This document shows, piece by piece, positions 15,495 through 26,832 of a stretch of 64,000 nucleotides of DNA. Every line of letters begins with the position of its first letter. Within the stretch, counting starts at the first letter, position 1. The translations under genes and the position numbers were made by a program. Under the pieces are notes generated by a model. It saw nothing but the letters and a program-made list of their open reading frames with translations. It searched no databases and was not told the origin of the DNA. The DNA lies in assembly GCA_963737265.1 (NCBI GenBank), contig CAVTRY010000011.1:928001-992000 (forward strand). Reading direction: 5' to 3'. This DNA comes from an uncultured delta proteobacterium (GTDB lineage Bacteria; Myxococcota_A; Polyangia; Fen-1088).

Positions 15495-16694
15495 GTGGCC
15501 AGTTTTTTCGGTGTGACCCTTCCTGACGGGGCGGAAGCTAGACTGCGCGCGGGTGCGCCGGTCCTGCCGCTCGATGGCCTTTCCGCAGCGAATGGCTGCG
15601 AAGCCGGCCGCGCGGTGAAGCTGCTCGACCAGCACGGCGAGCTGGTCGCGTGCGGAATCGCGGATCCCGAGAACGGGGTCATCCAGGTCATGAGCCTGGA
15701 AGCGGTTCGCGGCTTCGACGCCCAGTTCTTCGGCGACCGCCTGGCGCGCGCCCTCGTTCTTCGCCGCATGGTCGGGTTGGCCGCCGGAGAATCGTCCTAT
15801 CGCTTGCTCAATGCCGAGGGCGATGGCCTGCCCGGCTTCTCGGTCGACAGGTTTGGCGCCTACGCCGTGGTGTGCGCGCCCAGCCGGCCTTTGCTTCCCT
15901 TTGCCCGACTGCTGGCGGAAGCAACGCTTGCCATCGGCGGCGAAATCGGGGTGCGCGGCGTGGTCATCAAGGTACGGGGCAAGGATCCCCAGGATCGCTC
16001 GCACAAGGACGAAATTCTCGGCGAGCAGCCGCCCGAAAAATACGTCGCCAGCGAGCTCGGCGCTCCTTATGAGCTTCACCTGCGCGGGGCGCTCAACGTG
16101 GGCCTGTTCCCGGATATGCGCGAGCAGCGCCGAAACATAGCCCGCTTCGTCGTCGGCCGCCGCGTGCTCAACACCTTCGCGTACACCGGGGCGCTTTCGC
16201 TCGCGTCGGCGCGCGCCGGGGCCGCTGCGGTCACCAGCGTCGATCTTTCTTCCGGCGTGCTGGCCTGGGCGCACGAAAACTTTCGCTTGTCGGGTTTTGC
16301 CAGCGACGATCCGCGCTTCCGTTTCGAGGTGTCCGACGTGCGCCGCTTCATGCAGAAGGAAGTGGAGCGCGGCACGCTCTACGACACGGTCATCTTGGAC
16401 CCACCCACGGTCTCGGCCGCCCGCGCATCGCAGTGGTCGATGAAGCGCGACTACCCGCAGCTCATCGCTCTCGCGGCCAAGCTGCTGCCGCCGTCGGGCG
16501 GGATTCTGTGGGTCTCGGCCAATACCCGCCGCGGTCCCTCGGTGCTACGCCACGTCGAGGAAGGAATCCAACTCTCCGGTCGCCACGGCGCTCTACTAGA
16601 AACCGGCGGCTTGCCGTCCGATTTTCCCACCCCGCCTGGCTGGCCAGACTCCCGCTACTTGGAAACCTGTCAAGTCTTCGTCGCGAGCGAGTAA
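15495..16694 (+). CDS. RlmI/RlmK-like SAM-dependent rRNA methyltransferase
   Basis: RLLNAEGDGLPG, GLFPDMREQR, VLNTFAYTGA, VILDPPT. Confidence 0.88.
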   Translation: MASFFGVTLPDGAEARLRAGAPVLPLDGLSAANGCEAGRAVKLLDQHGELVACGIADPENGVIQVMSLEAVRGFDAQFFGDRLARALVLRRMVGLAAGESSYRLLNAEGDGLPGFSVDRFGAYAVVCAPSRPLLPFARLLAEATLAIGGEIGVRGVVIKVRGKDPQDRSHKDEILGEQPPEKYVASELGAPYELHLRGALNVGLFPDMREQRRNIARFVVGRRVLNTFAYTGALSLASARAGAAAVTSVDLSSGVLAWAHENFRLSGFASDDPRFRFEVSDVRRFMQKEVERGTLYDTVILDPPTVSAARASQWSMKRDYPQLIALAAKLLPPSGGILWVSANTRRGPSVLRHVEEGIQLSGRHGALLETGGLPSDFPTPPGWPDSRYLETCQVFVASE

Positions 16695-16716
16695 CATCGG
16701 CGCCAGGATCGGACAG

Positions 16717-17848
16717 ATGAGACGCGTCCTGCTAGCCACGCTGGCCTTCGCCGCCTGCACCAAGGCCGACGTCCCCCCGCTTGATGCGGGAACGGACGGA
16801 GGCTCGCCTGAGGTTACGCCGGTGCCTCTCGACGCCGAGTTGTCGCTGTCCGTGGATTTTACCGTCGAAGATTGTCCGTCGTTCGATCCCCAGGCACCGG
16901 CTTGCACGGGAAAAGTGCCGTTGACCCTGCTGTTCGTGCCGCTCGCAACGACCGCGGTCACGCAGTACATCTGGGATTTTGGCGACACCACGCCCTTCGA
17001 CTCCGAAACCACGCCAAGCCACACCTACACGATGCCGGGCGTCTACACAGTGAAAGTCCTGGCCGCCGGAGCGGCCGGTGGCGTGATGACCAAGATCCAC
17101 TCGCAGTTCGTGATCGCGGCGGCCGACGGTGCGGGTGATGCCTGCACCTCGAATCCCCAGTGCGGAGGTGGCCTTTACTGCCTGTGCTCGGCGAGCGCGC
17201 CGTGCGCGACCGGCCCGGCGCTGGGAATGTGCGCTTCCTCTTGCCAAACCAGCGCCTGCGATAGCGACCAAGTCTGCGCCGGCCTACTGACCGCCACGCC
17301 TCCTTCAGGCGAAGCGGCGCCTTGGCAGACGTCCTTGTGCCTGCTGGGATGTTCAGTGGACGCGGACTGCGCCACCGGCCTCCGTTGTCGAACCCTGCCG
17401 CCAGGCCCAACCGGAAGCGCATGGGTCCGGGGTTGTTTTACCGACCTTCCGGGAGATGTGGGAGATCCCTGCTCCGACGCCAGCGGAGCCCATCGCAACG
17501 ACCTCTGTGCCAGCGGCTTCTGCGCCGATCTCGGGGCGAAAGGTCTGTGTAGCATGGACTGCTCGGTCGCGTCCTGTCCGCCCGGTTCGGATTGCGGGGT
17601 ACTTGGCGACGGCAGAAAGCTGTGCCTGCGCCCGTGCGGACCTTTCACCTGTTCCGCGGACCCGCTGCTGACCTGCGTGGTGCCCGGTCCCGGCGATTCT
17701 CGGATATCACCTGGCCAGTCCCGCGAGCCCAACCGCGGCTTCCAGCTACTGCGTGCCCAAGCCCTGCGTGTCCAACGACTCCTGCACGCCGACCGGCACC
17801 TGCGCCACTGCATCCGGCAACGGACACTGCGTAGCGCGCGGCAGCTGA
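16717..17848 (+). CDS. Cys-rich lipoprotein with PKD domain (apparent +1 frameshift ~17698)
   Basis: Lipobox FAAC, YIWDFGD...HTYTMPGVYTV and many Cys motifs. The Cys pattern continues in a shifted frame to TGA at 17848. Confidence 0.75.
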
Positions 17849-17850
17849 GC

Positions 17851-17975
17851 GCCCTACGCCTTTGCCCAGCCCACCGCTGACGGGTACCGGCGACGTCGAC
17901 GGGAGCTTCTTGGACAATGCCGATCTCGACGTAGAGGCCCTTGTAAATCCGGTCGATTGCACCTGGCCGCATCGA
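17851..17975 (-). pseudogene. Degenerate, internally deleted copy of the 3' part of the neighbouring FAD oxidoreductase gene
   Basis: Fragments RPGAI, LYVEIGIVQEAPVDVAGTRQR and GWAKA* match [26 protein letters not shown] and GWAKA* in 18783-20057. Confidence 0.75.
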
Positions 17976-18001
17976 AGAGATCGAGGGACATGGGGTTGTC
18001 G

Positions 18002-18706
18002 ATGGTCCCGGGCGGTCGTGCTATTGTCCATCGGGTGGCGCTGCTCGCACGCACATCGGGAACCGGTATCCCCGCACCCTGGGGCGGCGGGGAGCTTTCA
18101 GCGGAGGCGGAGGCCCGCTTCGTCGAGGGAGTTGACTACTGCGGGAGGTTCTTCATGGGACAAGCAGAAGCGCAGCTCGCGCTCTGCCGGCTGGCTGCCA
18201 TCCTGGAAGCGGAGGGTTTGCCGTACGCCATCATCGGCGCATTTGCGCTCAACGAATACGGCCACAAGCGGGTCACGGTCGATGTCGACCTCGTCATGCG
18301 TGAGGAGCATCTTACCGAATTCAAGCGCAGGCACCTCGGCAACGGCTATGCAGAACGTGTTCCCGGGACGGGCAAGCTCCTGGATACGTTGCACGGCGTG
18401 AACATCGACGTGCTCAGCGCGGGTCGCTTTCCCGGCGATGACAAGCCGAAGCCCATCGCCTTTCCCGACCCGGCGACGGTAGCCCTGCGCGGGCAGCGCT
18501 TCTCGCTGTTGCCCATGGCGCGTTTCATTGAGCTGAAGCTGGCCTCGGGCATGGTTGCCACCCACCGAGGAAAGGATCTCGTGGACGTCCAGGAGCTTAT
18601 CAAGAGCGCGGGCCTGCCGGAGAGCGCGGCGAATGACCTTCACCCGTGGGTGCGTGGAAAGTTCCTTGAGCTGTGGCACCTTGCTCAGGTTGTCGATCCC
18701 TTCTGA
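18002..18706 (+). CDS. Nucleotidyltransferase-fold protein (start uncertain)
   Basis: YAIIGAFALNEYGHKRVTVDVDLV (DxD), IDVL, IELKLASG...KDLVDV. Confidence 0.7.
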   Translation: MVPGGRAIVHRVALLARTSGTGIPAPWGGGELSAEAEARFVEGVDYCGRFFMGQAEAQLALCRLAAILEAEGLPYAIIGAFALNEYGHKRVTVDVDLVMREEHLTEFKRRHLGNGYAERVPGTGKLLDTLHGVNIDVLSAGRFPGDDKPKPIAFPDPATVALRGQRFSLLPMARFIELKLASGMVATHRGKDLVDVQELIKSAGLPESAANDLHPWVRGKFLELWHLAQVVDPF

Positions 18707-18782
18707 GAGAGTGCATTCCCATTCGCGGGTATTGGTACCATCGGAGGGGATTCCGATGATGATGAAAGCCGCGGACAAAGCC

Positions 18783-20057
<1,275 letters not shown>

Positions 20058-20158
20058 GACTTCCACGTTAGTCGACGGGCACCCCTTCGCCAAACAACTT
20101 TGCCGCCGCTCGCGCCGACTCGATACCAAGAGCCGTCCATGGGGGTATATTGAGGCGC

Positions 20159-20560
20159 ATGTTTGCCCTTGCCGACAGTTTGGTCGCGACCGTTTCAGAC
20201 CGGGTGCCTGGTCTGGCGGCCGTGTACCTGTTCGGCTCGCAGGCCCGGGGAGACGCCACGCCAGGTTCTGACATCGACCTGGCCGTTCTGCCCCTGGGCG
20301 ACCTGGATCCGGTAGAGCGATGGAAGTTGCAAGAGGATCTGGCGGCGCAAGCCCACCGCAATGTCGATCTGGTCGATTTGCGCCGGGCATCCACGGTCAT
20401 GCGCGTGCAGGTCTTGCGCGATGGCCGCTTGCTTGCAGACCTTCAACCGCTGGCGCGCGCCACCTTCGAGGCCAGGGCGTTGTCCGCCTACGCGCGCCTC
20501 AACGAGGAGCGCCGTGAGATTCTGAACGACATCGCCGCCAGGGGATGCATCTATGGATGA
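20159..20560 (+). CDS. mntA: MNT antitoxin (MntA, type VII TA)
   Basis: [21 protein letters not shown] (GSx10DxD), VDLVDL. Confidence 0.88.
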   Translation: MFALADSLVATVSDRVPGLAAVYLFGSQARGDATPGSDIDLAVLPLGDLDPVERWKLQEDLAAQAHRNVDLVDLRRASTVMRVQVLRDGRLLADLQPLARATFEARALSAYARLNEERREILNDIAARGCIYG

Positions 20561-20969
20561 TGTCGTCCTTAACAGGGCCGCTGCCATCGAGCGCTGCCTT
20601 CATCGCGTGCGCGAGGTCTACGCTGGCGACGATCGCAATCTACGCGAAGACCTGACCCGCCAGGACTCGATCATCCTGAACCTCCAGCGCGCCTGCGAGG
20701 CGGCCATTGACCTTGCGATGCACATGGTTCGCGAGCACCGCCTTGGTATCCCGCAGGACAGCCGCGAGGCCTTCGACCTGCTTTCCAACGCTGGCCTTTT
20801 TCCGCGCGAATCGGCCGAAAGACTGCGCCGCATGGTCGGATTTCGCAACGTGGCCGTGCACGACTACCAGACCCTGAATCTGGACATTGTGCGCGAGATC
20901 ATCGGCTCGCACGCGGATGATCTGGCCGCCTTCGCCAGATGGGCGATGGCGAAGCGCGCGACGAAGTAG
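20553..20969 (+). CDS. hepT: HEPN toxin (HepT/DUF86)
   Basis: GFRNVAVHDY (Rx4HxY); overlaps mntA. Confidence 0.9.
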   Translation: MDDVVLNRAAAIERCLHRVREVYAGDDRNLREDLTRQDSIILNLQRACEAAIDLAMHMVREHRLGIPQDSREAFDLLSNAGLFPRESAERLRRMVGFRNVAVHDYQTLNLDIVREIIGSHADDLAAFARWAMAKRATK

Positions 20970-21079
20970 GTCCGACCCGGGCACCGAGTCCTTCCCACGA
21001 GGTTTTCGCGCCTCCAGCACCCTGCCGCCATGAAGTTCGCCATTTCCTTCGGCCCGAGCGCTGCTAGCATCAACCTGTC

Positions 21080-22478
21080 ATGACCACACCAGCCACTCGC
21101 ATCGAAAAAGACACCTTCGGTCCCGTGGCGGTCCCCGCCGACCGCCTGTGGGGCGCCCAGACCCAGCGCTCGCTGCAGAACTTCAAGATCTCCGGCGAAC
21201 GCATGCCGGACGCGCTCGTCTACGCGCTGGCGCTCGTGAAGAAGGCGGCGGCCCTGGTCAACCTCGATCTCGGAACGCTCGACGCCAAGAAGGCGGGCGC
21301 CATCGTGGCCGCAGCCGACGAAGTGCTGGGCGGCAAGCACGACGGCGAGTTTCCCCTGGTGGTGTGGCAGACCGGCAGCGGAACGCAGACCAACATGAAC
21401 ATGAACGAGGTGCTCGCCAACCGCGCTAGCGAGTTGCTCGGCGGCGAGCGCGGCGAGGCGCGCCTGGTCCACCCCAACGACGACGTGAACCGAGGCCAGT
21501 CGTCGAACGACGTCTTCCCCACCGCCATGAGCGTCGCCGCGGTACAGTCGATGCGCGAAAAGCTGCTGCCGAGCGTGCAGCGCCTGCGCGACGTCCCTCC
21601 ACGGCAAGGCGGTCGCCTTTCGCGACATCGTCAAAATCGGCCGCACCCACCTGCAGGACGCCGTGCCGCTCACCCTCGGGCAGGAATTCTCCGGCTACGT
21701 CGCCCAGCTCGACCAAGGCCGGGCGCACGCCGAGGCCGCCATGCCCCATCTGTGCGAGCTCGCCCTGGGCGGCACCGCCGTAGGGACCGGGCTCAACGCC
21801 CATCCCGAATACGCCGTGCGCGTGGCCCGCAAGCTGGCCGAGCTGACCGGCCATCCCTTCGTCACCGCACCCAACAAGTTCGAGGCCCTCGCCGGCAACG
21901 ACGCCCTCGTACACGCCCACGGCGCGCTCAAGACCCTCGCCGCCTCGCTCAACAAGATCGCCAACGACGTGCGCTGGCTGGCATCCGGCCCGCGCTGCGG
22001 GATTGGCGAGCTGGCCATTCCCGAGAACGAGCCCGGCAGCTCCATCATGCCCGGCAAGGTGAACCCCACGCAGAGCGAAGCCATGACCATGCTGGCCGCG
22101 CAGGTCATGGGCAACGACGTGGCGGTCAACATCGGCGGCATGTCGGGCAACTTCGAGCTCAATGTGTTCAAGCCGCTCATCGCCCACAACTTCTTCCACA
22201 GCGTCCGCCTGCTGGCCGACGGCTGCGACAGTTTCCGCGAACACTGCGTGGACGGCATCGAGGCCCGCCGCGAGCGCATCGCCGAAAACCTCGACCGGTC
22301 GCTCATGCTGGTGACAGCCCTCAATCCGCACATCGGCTACGACAACGCCGCCAAGATCGCCAAACATGCGCACAAGCAAGGGCTCACCCTGCGCGCCGCT
22401 GCCATCGCGCTTGGCCTGGTAACCGCCGAGCAGTTCGACGCCTGGGTCAAACCGGAAGAGATGATCGGCGCACGCTAA
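21080..22478 (+). CDS. fumC: Class II fumarate hydratase (apparent +1 frameshift ~21595)
   Basis: [40 protein letters not shown]. Confidence 0.95.
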
Positions 22479-22558
22479 CTAGTTAGAGCTCGTCGGGAAA
22501 TTGCGTGCCGACCGAAGGGCCGACACGCGGCTGGCGAACCGGGTGAGCGAGAGAAGGG

Positions 22559-23761
22559 CTAGCCGAGCTTGGCGAGGGCATCGGTCATGCGCGCGAGCCC
22601 TTTCTCGATGTTGGTTTGTGACGTGGCGTAGGACAGGCGAACGAAGCCCGGCGCGAAAAACGCGGAGCCCGGCACCACGGCGACCCTGGCCTCTTCGATA
22701 AGGTACTCACACAAGGCCGCGTCGCCGTCGATGAATCGTCCGCCTGAGGTCGTCTTGCCGACCAAAGCCGACACATCCGGAAAGGCGTAGAAGGCGCCTT
22801 TCGGCTCGACGCAGGTGACGCCCGGCATGGCGCGCAAGGAACGCAACATATAGACGCGGCGCTTGTCGAATTCCGCGCGCATGCGGTCGAGATCGTCGCT
22901 TGGGCCTTCGATAGCCGCTAGCGCCGCGGCCTGGCTGACCGCCGCCGCGTTCGTGGTCGACTGCCCCTGCAAGGTCGCCATGCCCGCGATGACCTCGGGC
23001 GGGGCCAGACAGAAACCGATGCGCCAGCCGGTCATGGCGTAAGACTTGGAAACGCCATCCACGATGATGGTCCGCTTGCGCATCTCGGAACCAAAGGTGG
23101 CGGGTTGCACGGCGCGCGCACCGCCATAGCAAAGCCCTCGGTAGATGTCGTCGGTGAGGATCCACAGGTCGTGCCCGACCGCCAGATCCGCGATGGCCCG
23201 CATGGTCTCTTGGCTATACACCGCACCGGTCGGATTCGACGGCGAGACCAGCACGATCATTCGGGTCGCGGGTGTGATGGCCTTGGCGATGGCGTCCGGG
23301 TTCGCTTCAAATTCGTCCTGCGCGCGCGACAGCACCGGGACCGCCTTGGCGCCCGCTAGCTTGGCGATGTCGGCGTAGCTGACCCAGCACGGAGCGGGCA
23401 GGATGACCTCGTCGCCCGGATCGAGCAGCGTATGGAAGGCATTGTAGATGGCCTGCTTGGCGCCCGAGCTGACCATCACTTCCCTGGGGGAGACCGCAAA
23501 GCCGTGCGCCTTGGCAAACCAAGCAGCCACAGACTTGCGCAACTCCGGTGTGCCCTCGACAGCCGTGTACTTCGTGGCCCCGGCATCGAGCGCACGCTTG
23601 GCCGCTTCCTTTATATGAGCGGGGGTATCGAAGTCGGGCTCGCCTGCGCCAAAGCTGACCACGTCGATTCCCGCCGCCCGCATCTCCGCTGCCCTTGCAG
23701 TCACCTTCAGGGTCATCGATGGCTCAACAACTGAAAGACGTTTTGCCAGTCTTATCGACAT
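22559..23761 (-). CDS. PLP-dependent class I (aspartate-type) aminotransferase
   Basis: GAGEPDFDTP, SPSNPTG, DDIY, GVSKSYAMTGWRIG. Confidence 0.92.
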   Translation of the reverse strand: MSIRLAKRLSVVEPSMTLKVTARAAEMRAAGIDVVSFGAGEPDFDTPAHIKEAAKRALDAGATKYTAVEGTPELRKSVAAWFAKAHGFAVSPREVMVSSGAKQAIYNAFHTLLDPGDEVILPAPCWVSYADIAKLAGAKAVPVLSRAQDEFEANPDAIAKAITPATRMIVLVSPSNPTGAVYSQETMRAIADLAVGHDLWILTDDIYRGLCYGGARAVQPATFGSEMRKRTIIVDGVSKSYAMTGWRIGFCLAPPEVIAGMATLQGQSTTNAAAVSQAAALAAIEGPSDDLDRMRAEFDKRRVYMLRSLRAMPGVTCVEPKGAFYAFPDVSALVGKTTSGGRFIDGDAALCEYLIEEARVAVVPGSAFFAPGFVRLSYATSQTNIEKGLARMTDALAKLG

Positions 23762-23762
23762 C

Positions 23763-24263
23763 TTAAAACTTTTTCTTAAACTTTTTCTTTAATGCAGCCA
23801 GGGTCGACTCAGGGACCAGGCGCGAAACGTCGCCTCCCATCGCCGCGACCTCTCGCACGAGCGACGACGAGACGTAGAAGTTCTCCTCGTTGGTGGGCAA
23901 GAAAATGGTTTCGATGTCGGGTGCAAGCTGCCGATTCATATGGGCAAATTGAAACTCGTATTCGAAATCCGCGACCGCGCGCAGACCGCGGATGAGAAAG
24001 CGCGCTCCGCGCGAGCGGGCATAGTCGACAAGCAGTCCCTGGAACGCGTCGACCTCGGCGCCCGGGCTGCTTGCCACGGCGTCGCGGATCAGGCGCATGC
24101 GCGCGGCCAGCGGGAAGAGCGGTCGCTTGTTCACGTTCACCGCAAGCCCGACGATGACTCGGTCGAACAGCCCCAAGGCTCGCCTAATGATGTCGCGGTG
24201 CCCGTTGGTGATGGGATCGAACGTGCCCGGATAGATGGCAACCAGGGGACGCCGGGCAGCCAC
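23763..24263 (-). CDS. coaD: Phosphopantetheine adenylyltransferase
   Basis: YPGTFDPITNGH, IRGLRAVADFEYE, VSSSLVREVA. Confidence 0.96.
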   Translation of the reverse strand: MAARRPLVAIYPGTFDPITNGHRDIIRRALGLFDRVIVGLAVNVNKRPLFPLAARMRLIRDAVASSPGAEVDAFQGLLVDYARSRGARFLIRGLRAVADFEYEFQFAHMNRQLAPDIETIFLPTNEENFYVSSSLVREVAAMGGDVSRLVPESTLAALKKKFKKKF

Positions 24264-24826
24264 TAGGTCAGCTCCCGCTGGCAGCGGTAGAACGACAGTC
24301 CGGTGTCGCCATAGAAGCGCCGGTCCACCAACTCCAGCGCACCCACGCTGTCGGGAGGAATGTTGTGACGGTCGTGCTCGACTATGACCACGGCGCCGTT
24401 GGCCAACACCGTGCCACCCGAGAGCAATCCGAGCACGGACTCGACCTCGCCCGCAGCGTAGGGAGGATCCACGAATACCCAGTTGAATCGCCCGCCTTTT
24501 TCCACCGACAGGCGCTGTAAGGCTGTCGCCACACCCGTGTCGAGGACGCGAGCGCGTGCGGTCAAATCGAATGCGCGCAGGTTGCGATGCAGGGCCGAAA
24601 GCGCCCGTGCATCGCGTTCAACGAAGGTCGCGTGGCTGGCCCCACGACAAAGCGCCTCGATGCCGAGCGCGCCGGTTCCCGCGAACAGATCGAGCACGGG
24701 ATTGGGCGGCAAGGGACCCAGGATATTAAAAATGGCCGCGCGCACCTTGGCCCCGGTGGGTCGTGTCGTCGTGCCACGCGGCGCTCGCAGTTTACGCCCG
24801 CGCTCGGCACCAGCAGTAACCCGCAT
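24263..24826 (-). CDS. rsmD: 16S rRNA m2G966 methyltransferase
   Basis: TRPT, LDLFAGTGALGIEAL.RGA, FVDPPY; upstream of coaD. Confidence 0.93.
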   Translation of the reverse strand: MRVTAGAERGRKLRAPRGTTTRPTGAKVRAAIFNILGPLPPNPVLDLFAGTGALGIEALCRGASHATFVERDARALSALHRNLRAFDLTARARVLDTGVATALQRLSVEKGGRFNWVFVDPPYAAGEVESVLGLLSGGTVLANGAVVIVEHDRHNIPPDSVGALELVDRRFYGDTGLSFYRCQRELT

Positions 24827-24901
24827 TGGCGTTCTACCTACCGCGGACCTCCCCGCGAGTCAACGAGGCGTGCTTTCCCTGATCCCGCGACAGCCTCAAA
24901 A

Positions 24902-24937
24902 GTCGTGGTAGTGGTCGCGGTCGTGGTCGTGGCCGAC
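24902..24937. repeat. Intergenic GTCGTG/CACGAC hexamer tract
   Basis: GTCGTGGTAGTGGTCGCGGTCGTGGTCGTGGCCGAC; an inverted relative lies at 45244-45288. Confidence 0.6.
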
Positions 24938-25025
24938 TATGAAGGGGCTTTGATCTGGAAAGGCCGGATGCTGGCCGGCGCGCGAACAGTCGACGGTTGG
25001 CGGGCGGTCGAGCTATTCTCCGCCC

Positions 25026-25904
25026 ATGCTCGATCCGCTTCTCGACACACCTGCGCTCCGCCGGCTCATCGAACTCGCGCTTGAGGAGGATCTCGGCCGC
25101 GGCGACATCACGACCCAGGCTGTGATCGACCGCTCGGCCATGGCGACCGCGCACCTGGTCGCGCGCGAGCCCATGGTGCTCGCTGGCATGGGCGTGTGCA
25201 CGGCCGTGTTCCAGCGCGTGGACGCCACCATCGTGGCGAACGAATTGTCGAGCGACGGCGATCGACTTGCCGCAGGCTCGCGGGCGGCTTCCTACCATGG
25301 TCCCGCCGCCTCGCTGCTGGCCGCTGAACGAACGGCGCTCAACTTCGTTCAGCGGCTGTCCGGCACGGCTACCCTGGCGCGAGCCTTCGTCGACGCCGCC
25401 GCTGGTACCACGCTGCGCATCGCCGACACGCGCAAGACCACGCCCGGCTTCCGCTTGCTGGAAAAGTATGCGGTGCGAATGGGCGGCGCCAGCAACCACC
25501 GTTTCGATCTCGGCTCGGGCGTTCTCATCAAGGACAACCACGTTGCCGTGGCTGGCGGCGTCGCAGCAGCGGTGCGACGCGTGCGCGGAAAGGTCCCGCA
25601 CGGGCTGAAAATCGAGGTCGAGGTCGACTCGCTCGCCCAACTCGAAGAGGCACTCGCCGCCAACGCTGACACCATCCTTCTCGACAACTTCAGCTTCGCC
25701 GACATCGAGAAAGCCGTGGCCCGAGCGCGGACGGCGATTCCGCGACCCATGCTCGAAGTTTCGGGCGGCGTGACCCTGGAAAAGATTTGCGCTCTGGCTC
25801 TAACGGGGGTCGACATCGTCTCGGCCGGTGCCCTAACCCATTCCGCCCCGGCCGCGGATCTTTCGCTCGACATCGCCGTCGAGGACACGGGAACGCGGCC
25901 TTGA
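25026..25904 (+). CDS. nadC: Quinolinate phosphoribosyltransferase
   Basis: ALEEDLGRGDITT, DTRKTTPG, NHRFDL, LIKDNH, ILLDNF. Confidence 0.96.
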   Translation: MLDPLLDTPALRRLIELALEEDLGRGDITTQAVIDRSAMATAHLVAREPMVLAGMGVCTAVFQRVDATIVANELSSDGDRLAAGSRAASYHGPAASLLAAERTALNFVQRLSGTATLARAFVDAAAGTTLRIADTRKTTPGFRLLEKYAVRMGGASNHRFDLGSGVLIKDNHVAVAGGVAAAVRRVRGKVPHGLKIEVEVDSLAQLEEALAANADTILLDNFSFADIEKAVARARTAIPRPMLEVSGGVTLEKICALALTGVDIVSAGALTHSAPAADLSLDIAVEDTGTRP

Positions 25905-26788
25905 ACGGTTCCCATGTGTCCGACCTTGCCGATCTCGCGCCGCCGCTGATTCTTTCGGCGCTCACGACGCGTCGACTTGGTCGACGGTATGAGCTGTTGT
26001 CGTCGTGTAAGTCGACCAACGATGAGGTCGCGCTGCGGGCCGCGCATGGCGCCGAGGAAGGACTGCTCGTGGTGACCGAGGCCCAGACCGGGGGTCGCGG
26101 CCGACGCGGGCGGGCCTGGCACTCTCCCACCGGCGAGAACCTTTCTTTCTCGCTCCTCTTGCGCCCTGCGATTGCGGCGTCCGCGGCATCGCCTCTGACG
26201 CTGCTCGCGGGAGCGGCGCTCGGACGGGCACTCTTTTCGCTTGGATTTTCGCCCCGACTCAAGTGGCCCAACGATGTCCTGCTCGACGCAGGCGATGGAT
26301 TGCGCAAAGTCGCCGGCATTCTTACAGAGTTGGCAAGCGAAGGCGGTCGTATCCGCCACATCGTTGTGGGCGTCGGGGTCAACGTCAATGGCCAGGAATT
26401 TCCCGCCCATCTCGCGGCGCTGGCGACGTCGCTGCGCCTGGTGCGCGGCGCAGCCTTGGATCGCGGTTCAGCCCTGGCCGCGTTCATCAACGCCTTCGAG
26501 CCCATCTACGAGGATTTCGTCGCGCATGGGCCCGCCGCGGGCTTGGCCGAATGGCGCCGCTTCGCCCTGCTCGGCCAACCTTGCTCGGTCGAACGCGAGT
26601 CCACGCGGGTCGAAGGCGTCGCCGAGGATGTGGATGGCTCGGGCGCTCTATTGATCAGGTTGGCGGAGGGCGAGCGAATTTCCGTGCACTCAGGCCAGGT
26701 CAATTGGCCTCAAGACGTGTCCATAAATCGCGCCGTCTTGAAGATCGTTGAGAGGAGGGCCGCGGCCCTCCCCTCGTCCGCGAAGTAA
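25901..26788 (+). CDS. birA: Biotin-[acetyl-CoA carboxylase] ligase
   Basis: STND, QTGGRGRRGRAW, KWPNDV, KVAGILTE. The last ~25 codons lie inside a MITE copy. Confidence 0.93.
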   Translation: MNGSHVSDLADLAPPLILSALTTRRLGRRYELLSSCKSTNDEVALRAAHGAEEGLLVVTEAQTGGRGRRGRAWHSPTGENLSFSLLLRPAIAASAASPLTLLAGAALGRALFSLGFSPRLKWPNDVLLDAGDGLRKVAGILTELASEGGRIRHIVVGVGVNVNGQEFPAHLAALATSLRLVRGAALDRGSALAAFINAFEPIYEDFVAHGPAAGLAEWRRFALLGQPCSVERESTRVEGVAEDVDGSGALLIRLAEGERISVHSGQVNWPQDVSINRAVLKIVERRAAALPSSAK

Positions 26789-26814
26789 ATTCGCAGACTT
26801 CACCCCACTTGCGG
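26713..26814 (-). mobile_element. Truncated copy of the MITE-like element at 39604-39756
   Basis: About 100 bp nearly identical to the reverse complement of 39655-39756; starts TCA|AGACGTGTCCATAAAT. Confidence 0.8.
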
Positions 26815-26832
26815 ATGTAAAGTGCCGCCGCT

